From the NCBI GenBank assembly GCA_022605425.2, contig CM061256.1:496001-560000 (forward strand): a stretch of DNA of 64,000 nucleotides, in the 5' to 3' direction. The DNA is from Hamiltosporidium tvaerminnensis FI-OER-3-3. Lineage: Eukaryota; Fungi; Microsporidia. This document shows, in pieces, positions 44,538-59,182 of the stretch (positions within the stretch are counted from its first letter, which is position 1; each line of letters opens with the position of its first letter). Below the pieces are notes generated by a model. It was not told the DNA's origin. It saw only the letters and a program-made list of their open reading frames with translations, and did not search any database. The position numbers were made by a program, and so were the translations under genes.

Positions 44538-47500
44538 TGAGTATATGGGGTGTATAAATTATAAATAAAGAAGAGATAAACAGTGGGGTAGGGGATGTAT
44601 ATAGAAGAGAAGAGAATAGAATAGTAGGAAATAGAAGGGTAGGGAATAGAAGGGTAGGGAATAGAAGAGAGTATAAGGGTAGGGAATAGAAAGTTAGGAA
44701 AGAAAAGAAAATAAATAAAAGGAAAGCAAATGAAAGAAATGAAAATAATATAAATAAATGAAAAGAAATAAAAAGAAAGCAAAAGTGGTAGGAAAATCGA
44801 TCTAAAAATGTATGAAGGTTGGTTTTAGAGTATTTAAGATTTAGTCTTTCTAAAAAAAATGCAAATTATTAAATGAAATAAGTTGCAAAAAAAATATTGA
44901 AGTGAAAATTTAAAATTTAAATTCAAAGACTTATTATAAAGGAAAAGATAAAAAAAGGCGAAGTTGGTAGAAGTAAAGAATATTTTTTTCGAAAATTATT
45001 TACTTCTTTACTTAAATATATGATCCACTGAAATTCTAAACAGAAGTACCAAGTGTTTTTATGAGGCAAACGATGTAATCTTGATAGTTATATTAAGTTT
45101 GCAATCATATGATAAAGCTTCTACGTTTGGATCAAATATTCACGATAAATCTTTATTATAAATATTTCCATATCAAAACAAACTCATAATTTTACAGCTC
45201 TTATTTAATTCGAAAGAAAGAGGAAGGCTAATATATCTCCTCGATAGTATATGCGAATTTTAAATAGGGCGGAAATTCAACTGTATTTGGCTTTCGTAGT
45301 ATTATGATAGGGAATTTGGTTATACTGTTACTATCCAGTTCAAAAAAATAAGAAATCAAGGGGGGAGAAGATCATGTAATGTGACATATAATCGCCTTTA
45401 TTTCACATATTTAACTTCTCATAATAGCAAATTACTCTATATTGGCTTGGTTAGGAATAAATTTGTAAAACCAGTAACTCACGGAAAACAAGTCTTAGCC
45501 CGAGAACGATTCGAATTCGAAAGCATTTAAGCAAAATAGTGATAGTAAATTTCTGAACCTTATTAATCGTATGTATATATCGGATCGATAAGCAGAATCT
45601 CGTTTTCCGCAAACAATAATTGACGTGCACGTAATATAGAGGTTGCGCAGGTATACTATGCTGAAAAGCAAACAATAATAAGCCTAGATCTGTTTGGAAG
45701 AAAACATAAAAGTATAATATCTAAGTTTGTACTGAAAAAAGATCTTTCCTTGTGGTATATAAACAAAAGGAACTCTCGTTATCGAAATAAATTTCAAGAA
45801 ATTTATACATGGATATACTTTGGGATTTAAGAAAAATGGAAAATTATTGACTTATCTTAGAAATAAGTCATCAAAATTTTATGGAAAAAAATACTACATA
45901 TAAAAATAAGACAAAAGTATAAAAATAAGACAAAAGTATAAAAATAGACTCGTATTTGAGAAATATTCAATATAAAATGTATATGACACTATCAAAATAT
46001 GTATAAATTCAAAATAAAGGCTAAGTGTAGTGAAATTATGAGTTTTTTCTTTAATTTAAACAGTAGTAGTTAAATATTTTATATGATAGATGATAATACT
46101 TCGTATCAAATATTTAATAAACCATAATTTTTTTCTTGCTAAATCTATTAAAATATTTAAATTTCTTCATAATAGCAAGCATCTTGAATTGTATAATAAG
46201 TATAGTTTCTTATCCAGCAGCTTTCATACTGCCGAAACATCTTAATTATACTATAAAACACATTTTTCAAAGGTAAAATTAATGCAAAAAGATTTTACGG
46301 CGATTTAACTTTTATAATCTAAAAGAATATCATAAAAAGCTCTTAAGTACACTAAATCCCATTCATCTCTCCATTTTACAAGTTCAAAATAACTTTGCCA
46401 CGAAAGTATTGCTTACGATTTAAAAAAAAAAAGCTTAACACTCTCATAATTTATTAGGAGGAGTAGGAGAAGCTCAAGTAACGAAAGAAGCGAAGTTTAA
46501 TGGTATTGATTCTGAAATAAAATGTTACGAGAATTTGAAGACGGGATATTATTCTGCAAGTAATGATGCAGCTATATTACCTATTCAATACAACGAATAT
46601 GAAATTTGAACCTCTTGATTTAAGTCTGAAATTTATTAAAAAACAATTTTAATCTTAAATTGATATTTAATTGGAGTAAAGATTTAAAAAAATATTAGAG
46701 AAGCCTAAAAACAGTTCTGCTGATATCTGATTATGCCTTTCTTATTTATATAGTATGAATACTGCGATCCATGAACATGATTATATTTAACAAAGACGAT
46801 GATAGTTCTAAACCAATTCCTATAGTAACCATCAACTTATTATTTATCGATATTTTAAAGTTTATGAAGTTTTATTCAATCTTGGTATCTTATACGGGCG
46901 AAAAAGAATTTTTGAAAATTAAAAATTCAGAGAATAGTAAGTGTAGCTGGGCAAGAAGAATATTTTTTTGAAGATATTGTTCCATTTCTTTAGAACTAGC
47001 ATGTTTATGAATGTACAAGTGTAAGTGAAGACAACAGACTATGTATAATACTTAAATCTTTTTAAGTACAAAGATATTAATTGCAAGCCTTTAAAGGCTT
47101 TTCTTAGGAAGTAAAAAATGGATTATTTTTTAAACAATTATTCAACGCGTGATTTCATCCTTCTATTACCATATATAAGTACTTTGACCTTCCTTGGTGA
47201 ATTACCTTGGTCCAAACTTGTTGATACAGTGAGACGGGAAAATACATCTAATACCAGAATCGAAAACCGACTTTACCGTTTTGAAATCGACTTTGAAAGG
47301 GGTAGGCTAGATTTAAAGTTGCGTGGTAACTTACGTTATCAGAACTCTTGAATTATTTGCAAAATAAACGAAATTTGTTAACACGACTAAATATATTAGG
47401 CGAAAAAATGATAAAACCTAGCTTGCGCTTTATAGTTGCTACATCGAGTGAATTTAGGAACAAAGCCGGGGTCTCTTGGAATATGAAAGTGTAAAATTTG

Positions 47501-50500
47501 AAAATTTACGCAATGAAAGAATAAAAACTTCATTCTAAATTCTATAATACCAGAAATATGAACTATTAGTTATAGATAATTTTAAAAAATATAGGCAAGC
47601 AAAATCAGGCAGAACGATAAATAGTTTTTATATTTGTGATAGAGTTACATTTAAATTACCAGAAAAACCATATATCTCTCTAGTTAATCCGGTAAGAACG
47701 TAGAGCGATTGGTAACATTCGTTAAAAAAGAGGTCGAATAATACATGAAACAACAGAAATAAGGTTCTGTTGTGAAATTATGTATCTATTTAATAAATAA
47801 AAACTAAATATATAAATGAATCAGGAATCCCTACATGCAAGTAATTATTAAGAATATTTGCGCTTAAATAGGAGTAGAAAGCTCACTGAACAAGTTTGAA
47901 CTCTGCCATAGAAACTTGGTATTTTTTTATGAGCAAATATTTCAATTACCTGCAAATATTAAATCTTATCACTTTCTGTCAACCTGGTAATGATTGTCTA
48001 CACCGATAAATTATGCAATAAATACGTATATTCTAATGATTTATGCTATTATTTTGAATTACGTACTTGTAAAATATTTTTATATGAAATTCTTGGGATG
48101 CATGCCACAAATAAAAACAGATATACATACTTAACACAGATACCTATAAATGTTGTGGCATATATGCTGCCTTTTACATAAAACGAGAGCCAAAACCTTT
48201 TTTATTAAACGAAGTAGATCAAAGTCAAAAATCCATACCTATGAAGTCTGAAAAAGCATCATATATTTACATAAAAGAACCCCGAGACAATGCAACCTAT
48301 ACTACTTTTCTTAAAAATAGTTGATACGGAGGAATGTTTTAATTATTTAAGAGAAACATGAAACACATGTTTTGAGTGTTACGCTCAAAAGCAAATATCT
48401 AATAAATAAAATTGCAAACTAAACTGATATAGGAGAGTGTTATAAAAGAGTAAAGAGGTGGATCTATATTTAAAGTAGAATAAAACACCGAAGCTAGAAT
48501 TTTGGTCTTTTTTTCTTAATCAATACACAATATTATAATTAAAAACAATATTTTATGCTTTAGAAATCAATAAAATTTGAATGCAAGAAAAAACCTCACA
48601 ACCTGTATTTGAATAGATACGATTATTATTTTATAAAATGAAGAATTAGGAAAGCTGCACAAATATTCTAGGATAATGCATTTTATTGTAGAAATAAATA
48701 GTTATTTTTTTCTTTTACTTTAAGATGTTTTTTTATGCTATGGAGAAAAAACTTAGTGGGCGTTCGTTTCAATTTTACTGGCAAATATGCTATGATTGTT
48801 TTTAGCATCGGTAAAATTATAGGAAAAATTTACACTGACGATTTTTTGCGCTTATGATACACATTTATATCCTGAATATGTTTTCATTAATTGTCGCTAG
48901 AATTGTAGACAATAAATAAAACTTTAGAATAAGTTTTTTATAAAGATTGGTGGATATATTTTCTTGTTGAGAACTATAACGAAAACTAGAAATCATATAC
49001 CAAAGCATTTGATTATTATTTTTTGAAATAAACTGCCTTATGAAATAGTATTTATCACATTTATTTTCGAAATACAAATATTTACTAACGAAAAATAAGA
49101 AATCGAAAACGAACAACTCAAGACTCATTGATTTTTTGGATTATAATGAAGAAGCTATTACGCGAAAACGTTAAAAATAACCAAAGTGGTAAACCAGCAA
49201 GTATATTAGTAAACATATTTAATAAAAATATAAAATTCTGAAATTTTTTACTTACAGTATTTTGGCTTCTTAGTTTGGAGACAAATACAAAGCTGAAAAA
49301 AACTATGCTGGTTCTCATCTGAGATAAAGTTTCTAAATTTCTAGTTGCATTAATTAGATAGAATACAAATTAGAACTGTGACGATGTATTAGAATTTAAA
49401 TAAAGTGTAGAGATAAATTTTCATTTTAGCATAAAAATTTAGTAAATGATTATTTAAGTTAATGATTGAATCGTTTAAATGTATTCCGAGGTCAAAAAGC
49501 CTAGAAATTTTGAAATTTATCTTTTTTTTGTTCTTACGTTTCGATAACACATCGTGTCTTATATACTGGAATATATTCGACTTCTCTTTAGTATATCTAA
49601 TCGATGTTTTATTGACTTTAGTTCTTAATTTGAGATTCAATCACCCAAGCTTTTGCTTGAAAAATATTTTATTGCTGTGGCACTGTTGATATTCAATATG
49701 ATATTCTTCCTCTATGACAGTATTTTTTCTGATAGAACTTGGGATTATTCAAAATTAAAATCACATTTTCGAACGATTCTTATTCTTTCTTATTTAAAAA
49801 AATTTCGAAATTTTATGTACAATATCTTTTAAATCTAATATTCGAGCAAACAGCAAAGTTAGTTGAGATATATTCTAGATACTTTATACAGAACACTCCT
49901 GAAATATCATATAAATAGATTCCAAAATTTTTCATTATGGAAATATGTTTGTCAAGAGCATGTTTTATAATCAATTTAGTTTTTTATATTGCTGTGCGAA
50001 TGTCGAAATATATTTTCCAATAATTTTTAAAAATTGGGATCACTTTTTAGAAATATAGATACAATGGGATATTTCAAAAATTTCAAAATGAATTTGTTTT
50101 TATATCCGTCGTTACTACAAATACTCATTTTAAAGAAGTGTTTAACGAGAAACCTTTTAATTGAGTTATGAACATTATTTAACTTATTAACACGGAAATA
50201 AAATACAGACACACCTATATTCGATGTAGATCTTAATATGACCATGTATTTATGATTTGTATGAATTTTGAAATTTCTTGGTGTATTAAAGAATCTTTGT
50301 AATATGATATTACAATTCCTTAGATATATTTTTGCATTTTATGTGAAAAACCTTAACTCGGTAAATACATCTATATAGCTCGTTCTTAAGCGGTTTGGTA
50401 TCGTTATACTAACCAAGTTATAATTTCTTACTTTTAACAAGCCTGAATAAAGTTCTTAGTTTATAAAATTTATTTCTTTTTATTCGACTGGTTTTTTGAG

Positions 50501-51384
50501 GTTTTTCATAAAATAAAAAAACCAGGAACTTTATTTAAATAATTAGTTTAGTGCTTACATTATCACATTTTTATAAATCGTTTTTGTCACAAAAAAAGGT
50601 GATATTTTTGGTTTTTTTGAGCTTCATGTTAATATTCAGAAACATATATTTACAGGTAAAAAACACTACCTGCACCACTTTTAATTTATAAATAATCGCA
50701 CAGGCGAGTTATGAATTCGATAACTATACACACATACGTTATAATATCTTAATAGGAGATCTAGTTTTTTTATCTTACAAAATCGCATAGAGTAAGTCTA
50801 ATTCTGTTATTAAATACTTGATAATAAACAAGATATTTCTGTCCATCTCTAATAAGTATCTGTTAGATGATATTTTGTATCGTAGATTTTATAATTCACA
50901 TAAACTTTTCCAATAATCGCTTTCTAGGATTAAAACTCCCTTCAATTCAATATATTTTAACCATTTTAATATGTTCACATGTTGGTTTTGAAATTTCGCT
51001 TTCGTTTCTGTCTGAGCATCTTTTTTTCGCTTCTAGGCTTTTTTTACGCCATTTGAATATTTTTTGCAAATTTAGAATCTTTAACTTTAGTGATACATCT
51101 AAAAATCATTAATTTACATGCCTTACATACTATCTATCGTTAATATATTGTTTGTTTCATCGAAATTTTTTTCATATGTAGAATTTATTTGTATATTTTG
51201 ACTTTTGTCACCCTCGATGATTAACTTTGATATTAATAGAGAGTCGAGAAATAATAATTCTAAAAAAATTTTTTTATCATTCTTTTATTCTGATGAATGT
51301 TTTAAAGTGAATTATAGTTCAATTTATTTGTAGATGTCGGAATAGTAATTTCTACAAAAAAATAAACTACTTTATTTAAAAGTA

Positions 51385-52071
51385 TCACATCCTTTTAAAA
51401 AAGTGGCAAGTGTTAGATCTGTTTCCATGACCTTAACGCAGTTCTAGTTTTAGCATAAATAACTGCTATACACCCACCATCAGTACCCCTGTGATACATA
51501 AATCCCAAAGACTCTCATCTACCAGGTGATTAAAACCTAATTAATAGGCGAGGCAGTTGCCCGGTGTTCGTTAATGTCCGTTGCATGAAATGTGATCGAA
51601 AGGCGAAGCCCCCTGGGCTTCCCTAAGACCATGCAGCATTCCTATTTACTCTATACCTTCTAAACCATAAACTTCTAGCTAAATATATTCCAGAGACTAA
51701 CATGGGGTCCGCCCAGACAGTGCAATGTCATAGCAACAGGTATAACCTGCTACTTAGCTCTCCCGGATTTAAATGGTTTTTAATTTTAGATCTCCCAGGC
51801 GCCAAATCTTCTAACCCGAGTGAGCAAGGCTAAGCTTTCATGCTTTTATATGGCAAACATACAGGTTCAGCTGCGGTCTGTATCACTTTATATAAAAAAC
51901 CATCAAATAAATTTGTAGAAAAGGTTTCGTTATTTCATAGACTTCTCCTCCTCAATCAAACCTTATGGAACAACCGAAGACAAAGTGTGGTTTTTTCCCC
52001 CCAAAAATCCAAACAATGAGCCTCACACCAGTTTAACACACTCATTGTCAACATAAAATTCTTTATGTGGT
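51385..52071. mobile_element. Dispersed ~690-bp non-coding element, copy B (solo)
   Basis: Full-length collinear match to 19363-20060 (roughly 75-80% identity by eye); no adjacent RT ORF. Confidence 0.8.
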
Positions 52072-53695
52072 CTAGAAAAAATAAAATATTTAAATTTTAA
52101 TAAATTTCTACTTCATCAAAATCATATTCAAAAAACATGCCCAACAGTCAAACGAAAGAAAACAAAGATTATTAAATAAAAGTTATAATTGCTATTCATT
52201 ATATTGTTTTTTTCTTTCAAAGCGACGGGCCCTCATTCAGGATTCTCACTGTAAATATTCAAGTTTGATTGCATAGTCCAAAAATTAAACATTTGGGATT
52301 GACGCTTATTTGCTAAAATAATTTTAATCCTTTAAAAACGTACCATTTCAATTAAATAAGATTTTCTTTTGATTTTATTATTTCTGCAAATGACAATTCA
52401 TAACTTTAATGTCTATTTTGCCATTGTTATGGTACCATAAATGATAATCAATCTTTTTTCTATTCATTTCTATTAATCTCATTGTTTATCACAGATTTGT
52501 CCATCTTTATAGATTGTAAAGGTATGGATCCGATTGTAGATAAAATTGTTCAAATGTATTCATCCAATAATCAGATTTTGGATCTGCAATAAAAAACTTA
52601 ACTATTAAGTCGTTTCTACTCTTATGACTTTTAAAAATTTAAAATTAAAATTGTCCAGATCGAAGCATTTGGATCAAAGAACGAAAAATATTACTACTCT
52701 CTGCTATAATAGAAATTGTTTTTCTATAATTAAAAATGCATACTGTTCAATTGGAAAAGGCTTGGATTAATTCCATAAATTTTATTTTTTAGAATATTTT
52801 CTATATCGCTCTTGTTCCGCAAATTCTACAAAATCCGATTTAGAAAAAATATAAATGATTCAATAATCCACACATTTGCTTGCACTATCATATATTCGAA
52901 ATTTTTTTTCCTAAGAGTAAGTTCACTTTTAGCAATTTGTTTCTCTTTTACAAATAGTACTTTGTCTGGTGTATAACCAACGATAAATATTTCTAAACCG
53001 AAGCTTATTAAAATTTCGACATCGTATATTTCGAATCGAAGTTTGCAAGGTAGTCATTACGAGTCTTTTTGAACAAAGATATTTTAGAACATATATTTTC
53101 TGATAATTCTTTTGAATCATCTTGTTGAATTTCGGCAATATTTTTTCCGTACAAATCTAGGTTGATATGTATTTTTGAAAATCTGAAAAACCACAAATAA
53201 CTAATTTTATACATCAAATCATGATTTTGTTCAAAAAAGCGACAGAATATTCTTTGCTATGCCCCAGCATAAGATCAAGATCTTTTATAAATAACTTTGG
53301 TGTTAATCACATAGAAACGAACTTTATTTTACATTTATAATCTTAAACTTGTTTACTTCAGCTATAATTTCTTATCTTCTTTAAGTGTATTTTATACTCT
53401 CGTGACGTCCGTTTCTCTTACATTTTAAGTCTTTCAAATCGAAATTTAGTCGCTCTTGAGCAATTCATTTTGAAAATTAGGCATTATTTTTTTCTTCTGG
53501 ATATTTTTTTCGCTTATATTTTCTTAAATTTTGTTTTTTAGAGCCTTTTCTCAACCTTTTATGTTTACTATGTTCGTTTTAGATCTATTTTTGTTCCATT
53601 TCGCCTTCGTTTTCGATTGAATTTTGATGATGAATATTTTTTTCTGTAAAAAACTATCATTTCAACGATATGATGTATTTAATTTATTTATTTTA

Positions 53696-56600
53696 CTAGT
53701 CGTTAAGCCCGTGGAAACAGACTCAATTATATATCAAAAAAGCTTAAATATTAAGTGAATTAAAGAATAGTATAGAAATTCGCTTTTATCTTCTTTATAT
53801 TGTTAAAATTCCTGCTTTTTAAGCAGTTTTTTAAAATTAGAAAAGTTTTTTATTTCTATAAGAGGCAGTTAAGAACATAGAAAATAATTAAAGGGAAGCA
53901 AGAAATTTTAATTTACAAAGATGTTGCATATATACTATACTTCGAACCAAAAATATTTAAAAATTACATAAGTAAATAAAGTCATTTATTTATCTTTGAA
54001 TTTCTGTTTTTTAAAATAAATTTTATACAACCTGGAACAAATTAATTTTTATATTGTTTACATTAAAAGAATAAGATTTTAGACTTCTAAAATTTTTCAT
54101 TTGAAAAAAATAGCGCTTGTAACTTATATATACACAGTTGTCTAAAACCGCTTTACACACAACATTTTTTGTAAATATTTTGTCACTTACAAGCAAAATT
54201 TTACCTTGCTCAGCCGTATCTTTAATATAAACTTTAACATCATTTGAACTTCTAACCCTAGGAAAGGCAACATAAAGTTGCCCATCGCCAAAAGCAGGTG
54301 TTGGTAGAAAAATACCAACCTTGTCTAGTTTTTTACCTTGAGCTTTGTTTATTGTCATAGCCAAAGCCAACCTGATTGGTAATTGTCTTCGTTTAAGTTG
54401 AAATAGAAGACCTGCATCTGATGTCAAATCGATTCTTGAAAGAAATATATAATCTTCTTTTCCCAAATCGGTCAATAATTTGGCTACAATGAGATTCGGC
54501 TTCATTTCACATACAATTAACCTAGTCCCGTTACAAAACCCTCTTTCTGTATTCAAATTTCTAAGAAGCATAATAATAGCGCCTTTTTAAAGATGAAGAG
54601 CGTGAGGAGGAGTTCCAGAAGGTGTAAGAGAATTTAAAAACTTAAATGAATAATCAGTTACATCACCAGTATCATCACTAATAAGACTATCTGTACTTAA
54701 ATAAGTTTTTTCCTCGCCCTGAAGAATATCAAGTACACTTTGATTGATTTTATTAACTGCCTCATTTGTATGCTTTAGAATTACCTTCTTGGAAAATTTA
54801 CAGACCGTATTTACGAATAGTATTTCCCCAAAAATATCTTTGACTTTATCTTTAGAAATCATATGAGATGAGATTTCAATTAAGGTTTTTTCTAAACCAT
54901 CAGTATTCATAAGTTGTCTATTGCCAAGTGTAATTTGCCATTCACTATACCGCTTGTCTTTCGCCCGAATATTGTTACGAAGTTTCAATATTTTAAAGTC
55001 ATTCCACAAAGAGAAATACTTTATGCTAGCATGAACAAAATCTGAGGCTTAAGCTCCGGGTATAACGGGCATACACTGTCTATAATCACGACCCAATTTT
55101 ATTACTTTCCCATCAAAACTTAATCGAGATTTACATTGAATGTCTTTCAATAATCTATCTTTACTTTGCAGGGCGAAAGCTGGAGCCGGGGTAGCTTCAT
55201 CCTATGTAATCAGAGAAGAATCATGAATTTCTCGCCCTTCGCTCGAGTTTGGTTTAACACCACAAACAGACGTTTCATTAAGAATCAGTGGAACTTTAAA
55301 TCTTGAATGATATGTTCTTCCTTTATGTAGTAAGTCTGCTGCTATTCTTGTTGAGGCAACTGAAATAATAGTTCTTCCACTTCGTTTTTTTTCATAATAC
55401 AACGCTCTTTAAAGATAAGTTTTTCCCTACCTCTTGGTCCGTTTAAAAATAATCACTTTTTCGTTATTGCTGTTATTTAAGGCGGTCATAATTTGTGCAA
55501 AAGCTATTCTTTGGTCTTCATTATATGTTTCTTTATAGTTAAAATTTTCTTGTTCATCAAATGTAGCACATAGTGGTATAAGATTAGTCGGAGAGTCTTC
55601 TAATCCGAAATCTCTACAGCGTTTTCCGTGTGTATTCAAAACCTTAATTATATAATTCAAAGCATAATTAAGGCACGATTCGCAAAATTCTTCAACGGCA
55701 TGCCGATAAAAGCGGCAATAGTCTTCGATAAGATTATCTTTGTGATTTGTTTATAATTTTGAAATTTCTGTAACATCACTAAAAAGACATATATATGCGA
55801 ATAAATCTCTTATCTTTTACGGTATTTTCATTGTTACTGCATCATTTATAGTTTCGTTTCAAAATTTTTCATCATTTGTCAACCCTTTTGCTCTAGCTGC
55901 GTCAAAATAATTTTTATAAGTTTTTTCGTCCACTGTCCTCAAATATTCGAATGAAGTGGCTCCCGGTATATGCCATAACAAAATTCTTAGTAATACAACT
56001 CAGAATTCAATATACTGATAGGTAAGATTCCTCGATACAGTTTTTTGCGTTTCTGATTCGAGGTAGCCACATGTGGTTTTTCCAGACAAAGTTCTCGGAG
56101 ATTTCGACATATTTTAAATGACAGTACTAACTATATTCCCTATTTAGTTTAAACCAAGCTTTTAATTTCATTCTATAATTGTAGATATAGATTCTTTTAT
56201 TCTTTATTCATCTGGTTGAAATAATATATTTTGTTCACCTTAAAGATGAACCGCTAGTCTTTCAACAGTGTGGCTTTGTTCATGTGTAGACAATTTAAAA
56301 ATTCTCCAGACTGCTTCATGCGGACTTACAGATTTTGAATCTTTATGATTTTTAATTTTGTCGAATCGAAAACTAATATTTGCCCGATCGAATCCTTTGT
56401 AAGCATAGCCAAATAAATATTTTACAGTTTTAAATGAAGCACATATATCACCATTTATATGGCAGTTATATTATAAGGAAAGATATGGACTATAAGGAAC
56501 ATCCCAGCTATTATCAACATGATTTTTCCTAATTTTAACTGGATCATTTTTTCGTCTATGATAAAGAGGGTATCCGTCAGATTTTAAAACTGTGTATTCT

Positions 56601-59182
56601 TGAAATTTTTTTAGAAATGATTTACTACATATATTTTCAACAATGCAAGATGAATATGACGAAAATACACAGGTTCCATGAATCATATTTTTAGTTATTA
56701 TAATAAATAATCTAGGGTGTGTATTTTTATCAGAAATTTCTGCCGAGACTATCTTTTCAAGTAATGCCGAATCGCGTGGCTTATAATTCTCTTCTAAAGT
56801 TATCAAAATATGAGCATGAGGTAATCATCTTTTTTGAAATTCTATGACACAGCAATATACATTTACTTTTCCAAAAATTATATTTTTTCTAATATCTGTC
56901 ATTAAGGCCTTAAGTTTTTGTCTAAAGACTCTATCCACTAAATCAGGCGTATTCTCACGTTTTTCATTTGCATCTATATTTTCAGATATTTCAGCATTGT
57001 TTGGAATGAAAGTCGTAGTAATGAACAAATCGGGTTTCCCATATTTCATAACTATTCCCATAGCATCTTGATACTTCTGCTGCATGTTTCGAGGACTGCC
57101 TGAAAATTTTAAAGGCAAAATTACTCTTTTTCCTACAGGAATGCCTTCTTTACTATCTTGCTTAGCAATATACTAAATTAAATCATTATATTTTTCGGCT
57201 CGAAGCTCTGTTTGATGTGTCCGAGCATAATTCAAATCCTCGACTTCAGCTTTGCAATATGCATCTACTATAAACTGTTAAGTCAATCTCTCTGCTCTTA
57301 AAAGTGGGTTGAATTCATCTCTTAATTGCAAGTAATAAGAATAATATTGTTTGAGCGTAACATTTTTATGAGCGTTGACGCTTTTTACTCTTGCCTTATA
57401 AAGTTTTATGCTAACCCCCAGGTTTGTTCACCATATAGAAACAAAAGTGGATAAGATAAAGCATCTGGATTTCTATGCCCGTAGTCTATACGACGTGTTT
57501 TAGGAATTAGAGTATCTTCCTGCCAAATATGCACCAGTAAGTCTCTATCAATAAGAGTTTCCCCGTCTTTACCCAAGAAAACCATTGCTACTTCATTACA
57601 GCGTTGAATATTATATCTTCTCGGATCAGTATTTCTATTTTGCACTATTGCCATTTGAATTTGTGTTTCTATATTAGGCTTTAAATATTTTTGGGCTTCT
57701 TCAACTTCATACATCATTTTGAAAGCACGCGCAAAAGGATTAGATTTCATTTAATCAGATATTTTTTTCATGAGTCTTAAGCAACACGTTTTATTTGCTG
57801 GTTCTTTTATCCTTTCGTTATTTGCTGCATCTTCATCAAGAATGTATAATTGGGTATATTGTCTGCTATGATTTTTGACTGGATGCAGCGTACCCGAAAG
57901 AAGATACATTTGTCCATGAATACGGTAACAAAATGGACAGGACTCTCGAGGTATTTTAATATTTGCACCAATCTAAACAAAAGCAAAAGCACAATTATAT
58001 GATCTTATATTTATTAAAAATTTATTTGAATCTGCATCTTCGATGCTCATTAATTTTTGAAGCGTCTCGTGTATTTTAATACTTGGTAATTTAATAGATC
58101 CTTGATTGCAACATATATTAAAGAGTTTTGATGCTGGTCTTTCACTTTTTAAAAATTTAGCTTTGCATCTGTGACAGGTTTTTTCTAATCCGCCAAGATG
58201 ATGTTTTACAATTTGTTTTTCATCAAATTCTGTCAATTCATTTAATGCAATACATAAAGGTTGCTCTGACATAAGTCATTCTCTAGAAATTCTATGTGAA
58301 TTTATATTTCTTTGCGTTTCCTTGCGAGCATTTATAGCGGTTCTATTTTTCCACAATTTTTGTAGCCTTAGTCTTTCAAATGTCTCTCTTCTTCTGATTT
58401 ATTTTCTCTCGAAGCTTTTAGCCGTGTTAACTCTGCCTTCCTCTCTTCTTCTGATTTATTTTCTCTCAAAGCTTTACGTGCAAACTTTGCCTTCCTCTCC
58501 TCTTCTGATTTATTTTCTCTAAGAGCTCTCATCCTTAATCTTTCTGCATTTCTCTCCTCCTCGGATTTATTTTCCCTAAGAGCCCTCATCCTTAAACTTT
58601 CTGCATTTCTCTCCTCTTCAGATTTATTTTCTCTTAAAGCTTTTAGCCGAGCTATCTCGGTATGTCTCTCCTTTTCTGATATATTTTATCTCAGAGTTTT
58701 AAGTCGCAATAGTTCGGATTTTTTCATCTTCTGATATATTCGCCCTTAATGTTTTAAGTCGCTCTAGATCTTTATGTCTGTTTTGTGCTGAAAGATTTTT
58801 TCTTTTGGTTTATCACGTTCTGCTCTTTTTTGTTTAGCTTCTAAGACATGTGCGGATTTTTCTTCGTCTGAATAAACTTGCTTTTTTCGTGGCATTATGT
58901 AGCACTTAGTGAGGTAATTATACTACTTTATCTTTTCTGGAAGCGTTTTGGTTTAAACCAATGTTATTTTTTTATGATATTAATCGAAACAAAAATATTA
59001 TATTGGTTGATTTTGGGTTCATGGTACTCTCTATGGTTATATTTAAGTTATGGTTAGATCTCTTACTCTTCTTATGAAATAAAACTTCATTAAGTTAGTG
59101 TTGCCAACAACCGAAGATTTTATGTTTTAGTTTGAAAAAGTTATAGATTATGAAAAATAAAAATTATTTTTAACTTTATAGA
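53696..59182 (-). mobile_element. Decayed Helitron (Rep/PIF1-type helicase) with intact 3' terminus
   Basis: ATG at 58895 (MPRKK); 60-bp charged repeats; CHRC...CC zinc motif; GSPRNMQQKYQDAM..GKPDLFIT; EFQKR*LPHAHIL (HUH motif); GYPLYHRR; CNGTRL; AMTINKAQG. The 3' end is a hairpin (53705-53724) plus CTAG (53696-53699) followed by T. The 5' TC is uncertain (59147 or 59182). Confidence 0.92.

Noticed and set aside
44534-44782. Hydrophobic 82-aa ORF upstream of RLP24
   Set aside because: Translation of a purine/pyrimidine-skewed low-complexity tract.
47405-47480. Possible further fragment of the 690-bp element (AAACCTAGC..AAAGCCGGG); similar weak hint at 8600-8900
   Set aside because: Matches are too short to distinguish from chance by eye.
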